A stretch of DNA of 62,363 nt, filler included, from Gonapodya sp. JEL0774 (Eukaryota), in NCBI GenBank assembly GCA_027604505.1. It is 11 parts of 11 records of this genome, joined end to end, with 100 filler letters (N's around TTAATTAATTAA, not from the genome) between each part and the next. Parts side by side here need not be neighbours in the genome. Positions count along the whole stretch, not along the records: positions 1 to 5,607 come from JADIIX010000694.1; positions 5,708 to 11,313 come from JADIIX010000695.1; positions 11,414 to 17,013 come from JADIIX010000696.1; 8 more parts are not named here. One strand, given 5' to 3'. Shown piece after piece: positions 1-13,299 of this stretch; position 1 is the first letter of the stretch; each line of letters opens with the position of its first letter. The translations under genes and the position numbers were made by a program. Below the pieces are notes generated by a model that saw only the letters and a program-made list of their open reading frames with translations, was not told the DNA's origin and did not search any database.

Positions 1-1450
1 GATGAGGACGTGTTTGGTGACGGAAGCAGAAGTTTTCAGGAGGTTTTGAAGGATGGTATCATTCTGTGCCGGTGAGTCCACGAGCAGTGATGGGAGTGAA
101 GCTTCATACCATAATGGCCTCAATGGAGCTGGTCGGTTCGCCCAACTCGTTGGTAATGGTCGCTCATTTGCTTCCATTCCTCGAACCCACTAAACTCCCC
201 ACAAGCGTCGTCAACGCGTGCTTCCCAGGAGCCATTCCGAAAATTCAGCAGTCCAAAATGCCCTTCAAGCAAATGGAGAACGTACAAAGCTTTTTACAAG
301 CGGTAGGTTGACAAGTGATCAGCTTCCGTCAATCCGGACAGAGGGAAGGCACAACTCAGTCGCGAGGCGAACCAACTCGCATTCTGTGAAGCTTGAATGT
401 CTCCCACAATGTGATATTTTACTTGCTATGGGATGAATACGCTTAGGAACGGATGCCGATGGTCTGGGATGGGGATTTTCGTGATCGATTCAAACGATGG
501 CGTCCTCCCCTTGCGTTGCTGACACCTATATTGCTCCTGTACCTCCATTATCCTATGTTGAAAACGATGCACTATTTGGTGTGTGTCTATGTTAAAGTGT
601 GAAACGATTGCCGGAATGAAGAAGCACGACTTGTTCCAAACCGTCGAGTGAGTGCCTCGCTAGCCCTCAGGCGATTACTGCGAGAAGAGCGTTCTCCACG
701 TTCTGAGAGACTTTTATTATATTTTGATCCAGCCTTTACGAGAACAAGAACATTGTCCAAGTGGGTACTGGACTTCCTGGATCTGGGGCCAGCACATGGT
801 CCCTACCCCGCCGTGGCAATCACATTTCAGACACCTTTGCACGCTTGAATCTCATCTTACTTCGTCACCAACACAACTTAAGGTCATCGACACCATCCAC
901 ATGTTCACCCGCTACGCGAACCGTTCCAACCCGAGTATCCCCCATTTGGGCCCCAAACTCGCCACATCCAACGAACGTGTTTTCTCTCCAGAAGTTCTTC
1001 AGGCAGGAAAGGCAGTGGGAAGTATTTTGACGGGAGGGTTTGCAGGCGGTGCGAGTCAGTCCGGAATGAGCTTTGGTGGAAGGAGAGATCTGATGAGGGG
1101 TGCAGAGGCGAAGTGAGTGAATCGGTTTAGTTTGTATGGGCTCAAGGACAGTCGACTGCCCAAGGCTGAGCTCGCAAGCGGAAATCAAATATCTCTTCCT
1201 AACTCCCTCAAACAATGTCATCCACCCCTTCCCCCCCGCCAGACCCATCGACACCTCCACCCTCCCTCTCGCTACACAGGGCTACGCCGGTGGCGCGTCT
1301 CAAAGCGGTCTTGTTATGGGCGGCCGCCGGGAGATCGGCGGCTCAGATCCAGGGAAGTTGAATAGGACTGGAAGCGGCAGTGCGGGAGGGAGTACCACAA
1401 GTGTGGGAGAGAAGGTGACGTCGTGGGGTGGAGAGCGGACGGAGGATTGA
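1..1450 (+). CDS. Calponin/transgelin (Scp1-like) actin-binding protein, 5'-truncated; CH domain plus two calponin repeats
   Basis: Exons 1-71, 206-303, 598-647, 733-760, 883-1112, 1243-1450 splice in frame: FQEVLKDGIILCRVVN...SKMPFKQMENVQSFL...DLFQTVDLYENKNIVQVIDTI...GFAGGASQSGMSFGGRR...QGYAGGASQSGLVMGGRRE. Confidence 0.9.
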
Positions 1451-2570
1451 GCGGGATGTTGGGATGCGCTCGGACCGGTGAAATTGGGCAATTCATGCAT
1501 GGTACCGAGGAACGTGGCTTTGAATTATAGTTGCCTTGTTTTTCTCCTGAGTGGATGCTGGCACTGTTTCGGATCATAAGCTTTGATCAGCTCAGAAAGC
1601 CGGGCAGGTCCCGGTGGATCACATATTGGCTGATCGATGACCAGTTAGATTGATATCGTATACAGATGAACATTTTGTCTGTGATAAATTCACCTGGGTA
1701 CGATTCCCTCTATTTGGCGCAAATTCGAAAGTTCAAAGCGGTCGGAGCCAAATTTGACTTATCACTCTCACAGTAAACCACCTTGGCGATGATCTCCCCA
1801 ATATACGTCTCTTGTCATTTTTGGAGACTTGATCCTTTGCATGCAAATATGTACTGCTCTTGGGTGCGGTGTGGGCACTGTGAGTATGGAGGTGATATTT
1901 GAACGATCGCCCTGACAGTACTGATATTCGGGGACGTGACTTCATGAAGGAAGCCAGCGACCTAATAATGCCTGCGGCGGTCTTTTGCAGACTGGGGATG
2001 TGGTCCGTACTTGCAGGGACCGGTCAAACACCATGCATTCATACCTCATTTCATTTCGGGGGATCACGTTTGTTTCTTCGCTCTCTCGAATACGCAGGCC
2101 TGCTACCCAATAAATTTAGCTTGAACGATGCTCTAAAAATATGTTCCGACAAGGTTTTTGTAATTTGGTGTTGGAATTCGTTTGGTTGTGACCCTGTGCG
2201 GTTGTGTCGTTTCAGCTGAGATCACCCCCTCCTCCTCAACGGCAGGGCGCAAATTTCGCTCTTGGCATTTTTCTGTCGGCAAAGCAGATACCGATAATAC
2301 CCACGTACAGCCTACTCGATTCTGACGTAATTTGAATCTGGATGCACAATGGTGACGAAGGCCGTTCCTGCCGGTCCACGCGAAGCAAAGAGGGTGAGTC
2401 AAACCCATGCGGACAGGGGTGAGGTCGACGGCCGTACATTGCTTTGCTGATGCTAATGCTCGCCGTTTCTTGGTCGTCATGGGTGCTCGTCATGATGATT
2501 TCATGGGGATTTGATGGGATTGTCGGTTGCATGGCATCCATTTCGGGTGGAACTTGTTCGGTTGCAGGTC

Positions 2571-5500
2571 ATGGAATCCCATGTGGAGCAGCTCATCACG
2601 GCAATGGAAACTCGAAATCCACACCAGCTATCGTGCACTTTTAGCCACGCTTTCGAATGCTCGAGCTGCCTGGGAATCTACTGGTGTATCCTTGATGCCC
2701 TGGCAGAGCATGCAGATACGGGTTCCGATTTGCGACCGTTCGCAACAAAACTCTTCCTGGTGCTCGCAACCACCCCGTACATACATTCTCTGCTCGACGG
2801 CTTGTTCCGGATCCTAGGTCGGCTGCGTACCAGGAAAGCTGATGCAGATCTCCTCTTTGACGCCTCCAACTTGTCCTCTTGGCTCCGCCTCGCTGCACTT
2901 AGGAACCCAGATGTACCCGCTTTTCTCGCGTCATTACCCGACGCGCGCTGGTCAGACATTCTGGACTTGGCCGTCGCCCTTTACTCTTGTCGAGACGATG
3001 ACGAACCCGCCACAGGCGAAACAGCTTCCGCAGCTCTCGCTTCCATTTTTCACTCCGTTGGCCTCACCATTGCAAGAACTAGTGGCCAACAACAATTTCA
3101 GGCAGTAGCTGCGGTTCGCCGCCACAAAGAGTTTTCTGCAGTTCTGGAAGATCTCGCTGACGATCGAGGTGCAGACCCTGGCCTCGCCACTCGCGCTTTG
3201 ACTATTCTCGACCTCCTTAACGTCAGCCGCTCATCAACTCGTATTAAATCTCCTCCTCGACTGACCGGTACCTGCGGTTACTTCTTTTGTGACGTCGTTG
3301 AAGATGTTGATGCATCGCTCAACTCTGCCAACGCCTCACCTGTCCCAACGACCTCCACCACGGCTGCGCCGTTCCGCATATGTGATCGCTGCAAATTGAC
3401 TCGATACTGCTCCTATGACTGCCAGCGAGAGGATTGGCGATGGCACAAGGTGTTCTGTGCAAAACGCGAGCTCCCGCGACCCAATGTCCTCAAATTACCT
3501 AAAGGGTGGGATCAAGACGGACATTTCGCCGTCATGAAGCAAGTTGAGGTGCTGCCGGAATCCCCGGAACCCTTTTCACCCCTCGAGGACGACCTGGACA
3601 GAACTCCCGCACGAGGTGGTCCCGAAGCGTCTCTCCTCTCACCACCTCCGAGCAAGCACAGCACCCTCGCTCCCATCCGCACCCCGGCGTACGATGAGTA
3701 CGGAATTGAACTCGAGGTGCAACCGTCACCTATGCATCATCTCAGTTCACTCGCTCCGGTACCCGCACGTTTTGATGAGTCCTCACCCTTTACATCCCCC
3801 GCCGATCACGCTTTACCGTTCGAACCGATGGATACTCGTCTTCCTGATGGTGGCTTACTCCGATCTGCCAGTAGATCAGGGCCACGGACTTCTGAGGGAT
3901 TGGGCAGATCGGGAGCTTCCGGTGCGTCGGGGAAACTGTCCGCGAGTGTTCCCATCACACCGCCTGCGAGCGCCAACAGAAGCTTCTCAACGGGACTTGG
4001 TGTTGACCGGAGAAGCTCGACGAAGTCTGTGAAGAGTGCGGGGAGGGAGGGTGAGAGGGACCGGGAGAGGGAGATCGAGATCGTCAGAGAAGTTGAACGA
4101 GGGCGCCGCACTCCGCCTCCTAGTGGCTCTCAAACCGCAGTATCAGCGATCAAGAGGTTTACCTCCGTGAGGAAATCAGGCAACGACGAAGAAGTGAGTA
4201 GGAGGGGCCGTGAGCAAGCAACTTTGACCGACAGTGGATACGCAAGCAGAGCGCGCAGCGCAAGTCGCGGATCCGCTCTTGACTCCGATAAACAAAGTGC
4301 GCGTATCGGAACGCACTCTCGTCGTTCTTCGGCCTACTCTGTTGCCGCTGAAAGGGACAGGGATGAAGAAAAAGAGGAAGAAACGTATCGAGAACGGAGG
4401 ACTCCAAGTGTAAGAAGAAACAGACTCGCCGAGCTGGAGGAGCAAGTTGCTGAGATTCTGGGTAGGGACGAATCCGGAAAGATTCGAGGGGGACAGGGGT
4501 ACGTGAGGGACCGTCAACAGGAAGAGCCCACATCGCGGTCATTTTCTCGGAGCGGTTCACTCTACGGGGAACGTCAGAGAGAACGGGAGCAAGAGCGTCC
4601 CATGCCGCGTTCGCTCAGCCGGTCTGCATCCACTTATGGTGATCGCGAAGCTGTCCGAGAAGACTCAACATCGCGCAGGGCACCAAGCCGCAATGCCGGG
4701 TCTGCAAATTTCGACCAAGATCGAGAATATGACGATACGAAATCCTCGTCCCGTCGCCAGAGTGTTGCTACTACGTACACTGGAATGCCTTTGTCACGCC
4801 GACCCAGCGTTGCAACCTCCCGGACGGATACCCAGCCCGCGTCAAGACGGTCAAGCGTCGCGGCATCGCTGTATGGGAATGGCAATCGGTACGATGATAG
4901 TGACCAAGATGAACTCAATTCTTCAAGGGGGAGAGGGAGAACCATGGCCGTTGAGCAGAAGAGAAACGTTGGGGTGCGATCAGTCCGGGATCGTCACGAG
5001 GATGGACTCGACGACGATGAGCTCGACCGCTATGGTCAACTTGATGAACGTGATCTGAATGGTTATCGCGGTGATCGAAACGTGGATCGGAGTGGGTCAC
5101 AACGCATAGGTACTCGAAACTTTGATCCACGGGACAAGGAACTTCCACCACCACCTCCACAAAAACAACTCTTGAGAAGCTACACGGATCCGGTTGGCCG
5201 GCGAAGAGGCTCGGAGGAAGAAGATGAGACGAGTGCAGATGAGAGGGGAGAATCTATATGGTCTCCAATGAGCAAGTACGGCGCTCAAGGCGACCCTCGG
5301 AGCGAAAATATTCGTGGATGGGAGCGTAAGAGCGAGCCGGATCTACCACCACCAGCGGCGTTGCTAAAAACATGGACCGCGGCTGCTGCCGAGGATGACT
5401 ATGCTGTGAAATTGGAAGAGTGGGATGGAGGAGAGCGACGGCGATATGTTCCGGCTGAGAAGAAAAACTCGAAAACATCGTTAGGAAAGCCGACTAATGA

Positions 5501-5607
5501 GAGGGACTTTGTGTCACCAGGTACCCAGCCGAAGGGATTTGCGGTGGGTGCGGTTGCTGACCTGGAACGGGTGCGGACTGGCAAGGACGGCAGGAGTGGA
5601 TACGAGT
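2571..5607 (+). CDS. MYND-type zinc-finger protein with long R/S/E-rich disordered C-terminus, 3'-truncated
   Basis: Uninterrupted ORF of >1000 codons; CDRCKLTRYCSYDCQREDWRWHKVFC matches the zf-MYND pattern; first ATG at 2571; runs into the spacer. Confidence 0.8.
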
Positions 5608-5707
5608 NNNNNNNNNNNNNNNNNNNNNNNNNNNNNNNNNNNNNNNNNNNNTTAATTAATTAANNNNNNNNNNNNNNNNNNNNNNNNNNNNNNNNNNNNN
5701 NNNNNNN
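5608..5707. other. Artificial contig spacer (N44-TTAATTAATTAA-N44)
   Basis: Identical 100-nt six-frame-stop linker, also at 11314-11413, 17014-17113, 22713-22812, 28411-28510, 34097-34196, 39777-39876, 45455-45554, 51094-51193, 56732-56831. Confidence 0.99.
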
Positions 5708-6139
5708 AGTGCGCGGTGGAATTCGGCTGATTGGTACTCTCTCGGTGCACCTAACAGGAATACAAGCACTAATCTACCAGGGCGCGATGCGACGTGATGA
5801 GGCGTGAGTGTGATCATCACGGGGCACCATGCAGTGGATGTCTGAATCGAGCCGGAACTATGAGGAAGCAAGCTCGAGCGGACTGGAACGGGTGAGGAAG
5901 GAAAGGGAAGAATGCTTTTTGTTTGCATGAGTGGAGCACGTTGTCAGTGTGATGATAGGAAATATTACGTGATGTATTCGAATATTTCTGATTGGCACGT
6001 GCTGTGTACATAAAGATGCTTTCCATATCAAAGAGTGATTTCCCGATGATCCGTGGAGACTTGAATTCCCCCATGCACGTAGAGTTTGCTACCTTCCGTG
6101 ACAACTGACAACACAGTCGACGCTGAGTACGACAATCAA

Positions 6140-7073
6140 TCACACACCGTGTCAAGCGTAGATGCGTCCTCCGAACGAATGATATTTGATGAGCTCCGGG
6201 ATCTCCGTGTACCCCATAGTTTCCGCGTGAACAAGTGCAGACTCCCGTGCTCGTACTTAAACCGGGTGGTTTGGTCTCTTGTCCAACAACATCGTGACCA
6301 CCTTCACTCTTCCGTGTTTCACAGCCTGCCACAGCGCATCGGCGCACCACGCATTGTCATCCAGCAAAAGTTCGGCGATTTCGAGCTTCCCGTTGGTGAT
6401 TGCCTCGCGTAAAAATATTACCGGGACATCGCACAGCTGATGCGGTGTACGAGAGACAGAGAGGTATCTATGCTAAACGAGCTCCGACCTGATGTGGCAC
6501 ACTCACCGTCAGCATGAACGTCGGCTCCGTTCTCCAACAGAACACTGGCAATCTTGACGTAGCTCATGTAGCATGCCCAAGCCAGTTCCGTGGATAGGTA
6601 TCCGATCCAGAGATAATACGGAGGAGCGGCGCCACAGCTCTGTTTCGCCTCTGCTAAGAGTTCAAACAGACTTCGTAAAACGTCCACTTTCTTGGTGTAC
6701 ACCGCAGCTTCCATGGCAGTAGCGTGTCCTCTTCGACCGGGTACTCGACATTTCGCGGTAAACAGGTAGTTTGGATTGTACGGGGGGTACTCCAACTTCT
6801 TGGTCATTCGCCCCAACATCCCGTCGATGATCAGCTGGTGGTCAGCCTCGGGCCGCCAACACTCTTGTATGAAAGTTTCCACGTGAAGATGCACGGGGCG
6901 GGCGAGGGCCCGGGCTACGATGTTGGCCGGGTTCGGAAACCCTCCAACAGGCGACCGGTGGGCGCTCCAGTCGGCTGGCCCAGACGGAAATGGCAGTCGA
7001 GATACTCTCCGATGCAGAAAAGAATCTCACTGGGGAGATCCGTAAGACACATTTTAAACACCGTGGATGCCAT
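6140..7073 (-). pseudogene. F-box-like/ankyrin-repeat pseudogene (paralog of 10049-10982)
   Basis: Colinear with the intact copy but has a 1-nt deletion near 6930 (reads ...FRTRPTS*), a 1-nt insertion near 6411-6420, an in-frame TAA at 6257-6259 and a TGA at 6152-6154. Confidence 0.85.
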
Positions 7074-7368
7074 GAGAGGGCTTTGCAATGACTGACTGTG
7101 TTGCTAAGAGATTTGCTGTGCTGTGGCCGGTCCACCGAATGATCCAGGCAGAGTGGAGATAAACTAACTCCACCTCGTACTTGCAGAACTAACAAGATAC
7201 GATGGCTACTCTGTGATCCGGCAAAGCTTTTGTAGGAGTACTGACTCTGATGTACTAAGTCGACTCAATCCGCGACAAATGATTTGTCCGAAAGGTAATA
7301 ATATGAGAATTGCCAACTGAGATCCGACGCACGCTTAATGCACGACACCGACATACAATAAATATGCT

Positions 7369-8244
7369 TCATTGACGCGCCAAAGGATTCATGCCCCTTA
7401 CTTCGGCGTCCCGAATGAGCTTGAGAACTTCCTTACTCCGTGCCTCTCTTGCAAATTCCAGTGCCTCTTTGCTAGCTCGTGTGGTTTTCCATACGCTCGC
7501 TCCCCTCTTCAACAACAACTCCACCACCTCAGCTCTTCCTCTCCGCACCGCCATCCAAAGTGCATCTTGAATTTTCTCGGCTCCGTGATCCAGTAGCAGA
7601 GATGCAATATCTGCGTAACCGCACGCTGCAGCCATTGTTAGAATGTTCCCAGCAGCGTGGAGCATACCTTCATTGTTGATGTTGAGCATCCTCAACAAAA
7701 CACGATCTTCCAAAAATAAAACAAACTCCCAGAGACTCACATCGAGCGTGGACATTTGCCCCGCTATCAATCAGCAGTCTCGCCACTTCGAGGCTTCCTG
7801 ACCGGCATGCCCAACCTAGTGGAGTATTCAGTTTCATGACTCGGGGACCTTCAACGGCAGCGCCAGTTCGAGCAGATATCGTACAACATCTAAGTTTTTG
7901 GCATGCGCCGCAGCCTCCAGGGCCACCACTCTTCCTGGTTCTCGCACAAAAGCCGTAGTTTCGTTCAAGTCGAAGCCGTCGCGTCCCGACATTCGGTTGA
8001 AGATCTCTCCGACGACCATTTGTTGGCCAGATTCGGATCTTGAGCATTCCAATACAAACGCCTTGTTGGGAGATTTATAGTGAGCGATCGCCCGAACTGC
8101 AATCCCCGTCGGTGTCCGGAATATCTCGACAATATGTCGGGTGAGTATACCATTCGGCAAGCCCAACCGACGGTCAAAATAGTTCGCAATGACGTGAAGA
8201 ATCTCAGTGGGGAGGTCCATTAGGCCAATATGCCGTGGTGCCAT
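7369..8244 (-). pseudogene. F-box-like/ankyrin-repeat gene with an apparent frameshift
   Basis: N-terminal LMDLPTEILHVIANY; ankyrin repeats (TPLGWACRSGSLEVARLLIDSGANV, ALWMAVRRGRAEVVELLLKRGA). The frame changes at ~7835-7860 with no room for an intron; could be a sequencing error. Confidence 0.65.
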
Positions 8245-10048
8245 TGCCGATCGTCCGTCGGTAACGATGATACGTACGAGGGACCGCTGGGCGCTGCGAT
8301 GTGAGTGGGATCGCCGGGAGCGCGCAAAAGGTCCTTCCCGCGGTTGTTGCAGATTTAGGTGGCGCGAACAAGAGTTTATGAAGAAAGGTCGAGCTGGTCA
8401 TTGGGCAAATGAGTCGACACTTACTTGCCCCCCAAACTACGTGGAATATTGCACTGGACAACTGCATCTCACTCCTCGAGCTGCTTGGTGGGTGAAAGGG
8501 GCAATAAAGTACTAGGACGGCATACCGAAATTCCAAATCAGCAAACCCCCATACATGAATTCAGCGACTGAGAAAGCATCTATCAAAGCGGAGCCCTTGA
8601 ATATGTTTTACCAACTCACGTGTGAGTATTGAGTAATGGCCTGCAAATGCAACAATTGCAGAAGGGATACTTACCAGTTTGCAAGTGGAATCACCCAACC
8701 ACTCGCGATCATCCCCGCCACCAACGACAAACTCATCACAACGGGTCTGGACGGGGTTGCCGAGCGGCGTCAGAAGCGCAGGATGGCAGAGCAAGGAATG
8801 GATGAATCGAAACGGATCCATGAGTACGGGACCTGGGACAAGCTGTATTGCCGGTCGGGTGAGTGGGGGTGCGTTTGTGTGGGGGAGTGGGGTGGGGGGA
8901 AGGGGGCGCTGTGTGGGGTGTTTTGTTGGGAATGGGGGAGTGGGAGAACAAGGTGGCAGGGGGGAGATGGGTTAACTTGACAGGTGTGTGGTGGGAGGTG
9001 ATGGTAAGGAACAGGGAACGAGGAACAAGGCGGAACGACAGACAAACGCCCGATGGTCACAATTGTCAGAAGAGGTCCAACCACGTCCCAGTCCCAGTGT
9101 GCCGTGGGCGGAGACCCGCCCCCCTCGGATGAACGCTCACTTCGCATTAGCGTGGCGTGTACGGTCGAAGTGAGGCCACACCACGCCATCACCGGACCAC
9201 ATCTACGTGGGACGCGGGGAGAAGCCAGTGTCGTGATGATGCAGGCCCGCAACGGTACTGAAACCACTTATGGGTCCACCCTTCCCCCCCCCAACCCCGT
9301 CCCAGACGAACGGCCTCGTCCTGATCATCGAGCCCGAGATATTGATGGACGGGGAGGAGTAGAAGGTGGCTGCAGACGTGTGTCACTGGGCGGCGACTTG
9401 TGGGGCGGCATGAACGGTGAGCGCTGGTCGCAGGGTGGGTGGAGTTTGTGCACGTGGTGCACGGCCGTACTTGATAACTGGAATGGTTTCGTTCATCGTT
9501 GTGTGTGTACAGTGTCCACTTTGATGGGCCTCCACGAACAACTCACAATCCTCACAACCACTCTAGTTACCCTCATGACATACCCCCAGGCCACCGACTC
9601 TCCCGTAAACAAAGACGCCATGGACGCCACCAAACACGTGCTCTCGGCGGTGTACAAAACGCTCTTGGAACGCCACGCGGTGTACTTCAAATGAACATGT
9701 CAAAACCTAGCAGAACTACAAGAACTGAGGACCCAACGCAGCACTTGAAACGGTCTGATGTGAGTGCGGTTTTCCCACCTCTTCCAACAGTGGCGCTGTA
9801 TCCCCTCGTGATCGGAAACCAAATGAAGGATGTTCGAGTGGGTCAGCCAAACAGGGAGATCAAAATTGCTTTTCGTTTGCAATGAGTCGAGCAGATTGTG
9901 TGATAATAATACACCTCTCGTGATACACGCATTTACATATCTTCACATAATGATTTCTCATTCCCGCTGATCATCTCATATTTGAAATGCTATGCACGTA
10001 GAGCATGTTACTGAACGTAACAGCACATTCGACGCTAAGGAAAATGAA

Positions 10049-10982
10049 TCACACAGCGTCTGAAGGTTTGACAGGTCGTCCGAACGAATGATTCCTGATG
10101 AGCTCCAGGATCTCTGTGTACCCCATAGTTTGCGCGTGCAAAAGTGCAGGCTCTCGTGCATTTGAACTAACCCAGTCGTTTGGTCTCTTTGTTAACAGCA
10201 ACCTGACCATTTTCACTCTTCCGTATTTGACGGCCTGCCACAGCGCATCCGAGCTCTCCGCATTGTGATCCAGCAAAAGTTCGACGATTTCGGGCTTTCC
10301 GGTGGCAACTGACTCGCGTAGAACATTTCCGGGACATTTGAGACCTGGTGCGGTGTGTGAGAGAGAATGTGAAATGAACGTTCAAGGAGAGCCATTCTGA
10401 TGGTCAAAACTCACCATCAGCATAAACGCTCGCTCCGTTCTCCAATAGAACTCTCGCGATCTCGACATAGCCCATGTAGCACGCCCAAGCCAGCTCCGTG
10501 GAAAAGAATCCAGTATATGGGGAGTAAGGGGGGGCTTTCTTCCAACTCTGTTTCACCTCTGCCAAGAGTTTAAACAGACTTCGTAAAACGTCCACTTTCT
10601 TGGTGTACACCGCAGCTTCAATGGCAGTAGCGTGTCCTCTTCGACCGGGTACTCGGCATTTCGCGGTAAACAGGTAGTTTGGATTGTACGGGGGTGAGTC
10701 CAACGTTGTGGTCATTCGCCCCAACATCCCGTCGATGATCTGCTGGTGGTCTGCCTCGGACCGCCAACACTCTTGTACGAAGGTCTCCACGTGAAGATGC
10801 ACAGGGCGGGCGAGGGCCCTGGCGACGATGTTGGACGGGGTCCGGAAAACCTCCAGCAGACGACGAGTGAACCCTCGTGTCGGCCAGCCCAGACGGAAAT
10901 CGCAGTAGAGATACTCTCCGATTTGCAAAAGAATCTCAATGGGCAGATCCGTGAGACACATCTTGGACGACACTGATGCCAT
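10049..10982 (-). CDS. F-box-like/ankyrin-repeat protein (intact copy, 2 exons)
   Basis: MCLTDLPIEILLQIGEYL N-terminus; TELAWACYMGYVEIARVLLENGASV; one intron (~10346-10413) rejoins in frame to GLKCPGNVLRESVATGKPEIVELLLDH...ALWQAVKYG. Confidence 0.8.
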
Positions 10983-11413
10983 GAGAGGGCTTGCCGTTGC
11001 TGCAGTGCAATGAACCCTGAGCAAATAAGCGACTTCGCTGTGGTTACTGCTGTGACCTCTGCTCATCCCAGCCGATCCGGCCGAGGCAAAATATCCACGG
11101 AGTCATGCACAAAGTACGTGGTATTGCACAGATAGCTACATTTCACTCCTGGCGCTGCTTGCTGGATGAACTACGGGGCAAGGGAGCCGACTGGCATTAT
11201 GTAAAAGTCAGGACGAAACGCACGATTGCAAAATAGCATCCAAGCATACAAAGCTCAGCGAGCAAAGCTCCAAAATCACAGTGATTGGGTGATAGTGTGG
11301 TTTGAGGGTCTTCNNNNNNNNNNNNNNNNNNNNNNNNNNNNNNNNNNNNNNNNNNNNTTAATTAATTAANNNNNNNNNNNNNNNNNNNNNNNNNNNNNNN
11401 NNNNNNNNNNNNN

Positions 11414-13299
11414 CCGAATTATATCCCCATCATGCAAATACACGATCTCCGTTTCACTCGCTGGTGGAACGCCTTTCCTCCCTTTGTCGTCCTCCCAATA
11501 CTTGAGCGACTCCCCCGCCCACGGTTTCGCGTTCCCATCCGGCAACATCACCGACAAATTGCTTTGAATGCCGGCATCAATTTCACTCTTCTTGACAAGG
11601 TTCCAATTCTGAGCGACAATCCAGTCGTTGTTGCTGTCTTTGTGTCCGTAACAGGTGACTTGTTGCTGTTCTGAGCCTTTGGGGTATTTTTGGATGTGGG
11701 AGTGGAGGAGACCGCCGCCTGGACCGTTATTTTTGATGGTGATGCGGGAGCCATAAGCGACCTCTGGCAATGAGAGCATAACGGACGATATTGTCACGAT
11801 CAAGCGACAAACTATGTGCAGATTGACTAAGCACTCGCGACTCACCAAGTGGATTCTGATCAAAGTCAATGCCTCTCAGGCCTGCTTGAAACAAGCTCGA
11901 CATCTGCGCGTCACCCGTCCCGGATCGGTTGAGGATGAAAAAGTGCATTTTGAACGAAAACATGTAAACAGATATGGGAAGAACGATGAGACATGCGATG
12001 CGGGCGATCCAGTGATAGAGGTACTTTTTCTTTCAAGGAAGAAGAAGGGCATCAGAACATGTCCGGATGAATGAACCGTAAACATCACCGTGGCGCCTCC
12101 GTGTAAACTGGCAACCCACCATGGACAGCTTTGAGTCGCCCAGCAACCTCCACAAATCTTCTACGGTGACCAAGCCCACCACGGCCACGGCAAACAATCC
12201 CACCCACTTGACGGATAACACGCAACCCAGGCTGAGGCCGGTCATGGTGAGCCAATACCACCAGGACTCCGTGAATGGACTAGAGTGGAAGGTGAGTAGG
12301 TCGTGTGACGACTTGGGGCGGTGGTCGCCAAAGATGGCTGGAAACTCACTAATCTTCTTCGTTCCGGAAGCAACAGCAGCAGTACACACTAAGTACCGTG
12401 AAGAACAACAACATAGAGTCCAGCAGAATGAACTTGGAGATGGCGATATAGCTCGTATCCCACAACACCATCACTGCCGCCAACAACGCTGCTCTCTTTC
12501 CCATTCTCATCTCCAACGCAGTGTACCATGCCAATGGCACCATGAGCGCACCAAACGTGGCACAAAACACCCTCATAACTCCGTAATTAAGCTCTTGGGG
12601 ATACGTTGCTCCTGAGGGGAAGTCCCAAGTGCCGTTGTAACCTGCGATGACGCCAGAAAAGCCAAGGAGGATTTTGCCAAGGGGGGGGTGAACGTCGAAG
12701 TAGAACTGGCGCTGAATGTAGTGAGACGCGAACTTGCTGGGGAAATGCAGTGGTGGCATGATGTGTTTGCGTTCCGTGAAATACCATTATCATGTTCCAA
12801 GAAAATGTAGCACAGTCACGTCAATTTACAATCCAGCTACGTTAACAACTCAGAAACTTGTGAATTCGCTCACCCAAAGTGCGCCTCATCCCAGACAACA
12901 AAATCGGCCCACGATATCGCCCACAATCGGGTGGCAAATCCGAGCAAAGTGAGGATAGCGGGGATTGCCCACCATTCATGGGCGTTCCAAATCGCCACGT
13001 ACTACGAGGATTTGATTTAGTGGCAATAGGGTGGAGGGTGATTGAGTATATGCGATGAAAACCGAAGGTACGCGTTCTGGTCATTGACATCAAACAGGAA
13101 GTCCCTTTCCGCTCACCTTGCCGAACCCACTTGCGTCCACATACGATACGAGGCCATCGCGCGGTACAATGACCCTTCTCCGCGTCTTATCGTTGTCGTC
13201 CACGTCATACCTGGAGGGTGTTGTCCCATCCCCGGTATATCCCCCATAAGGCAGCTGTGAAGCGCCACCACCCACTGCCGCACGCTTCCGAACGTCCAT
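11414..13299 (-). CDS. PMT2: Dolichyl-phosphate-mannose:protein O-mannosyltransferase, PMT2 subfamily, 3'-truncated
   Basis: [33 protein letters not shown] and MIR-domain [33 protein letters not shown] across several exons. Confidence 0.9.

Noticed and set aside
1733..2541. Minus-strand gene between calponin and the MYND gene
   Set aside because: The short ORFs could not be spliced into a coherent or recognisable protein.
5652..5663. Regularly spaced TTAATTAATTAA as a biological repeat, CRISPR repeat or piggyBac target site
   Set aside because: Always centred in 88 Ns; it is a synthetic six-frame stop linker.
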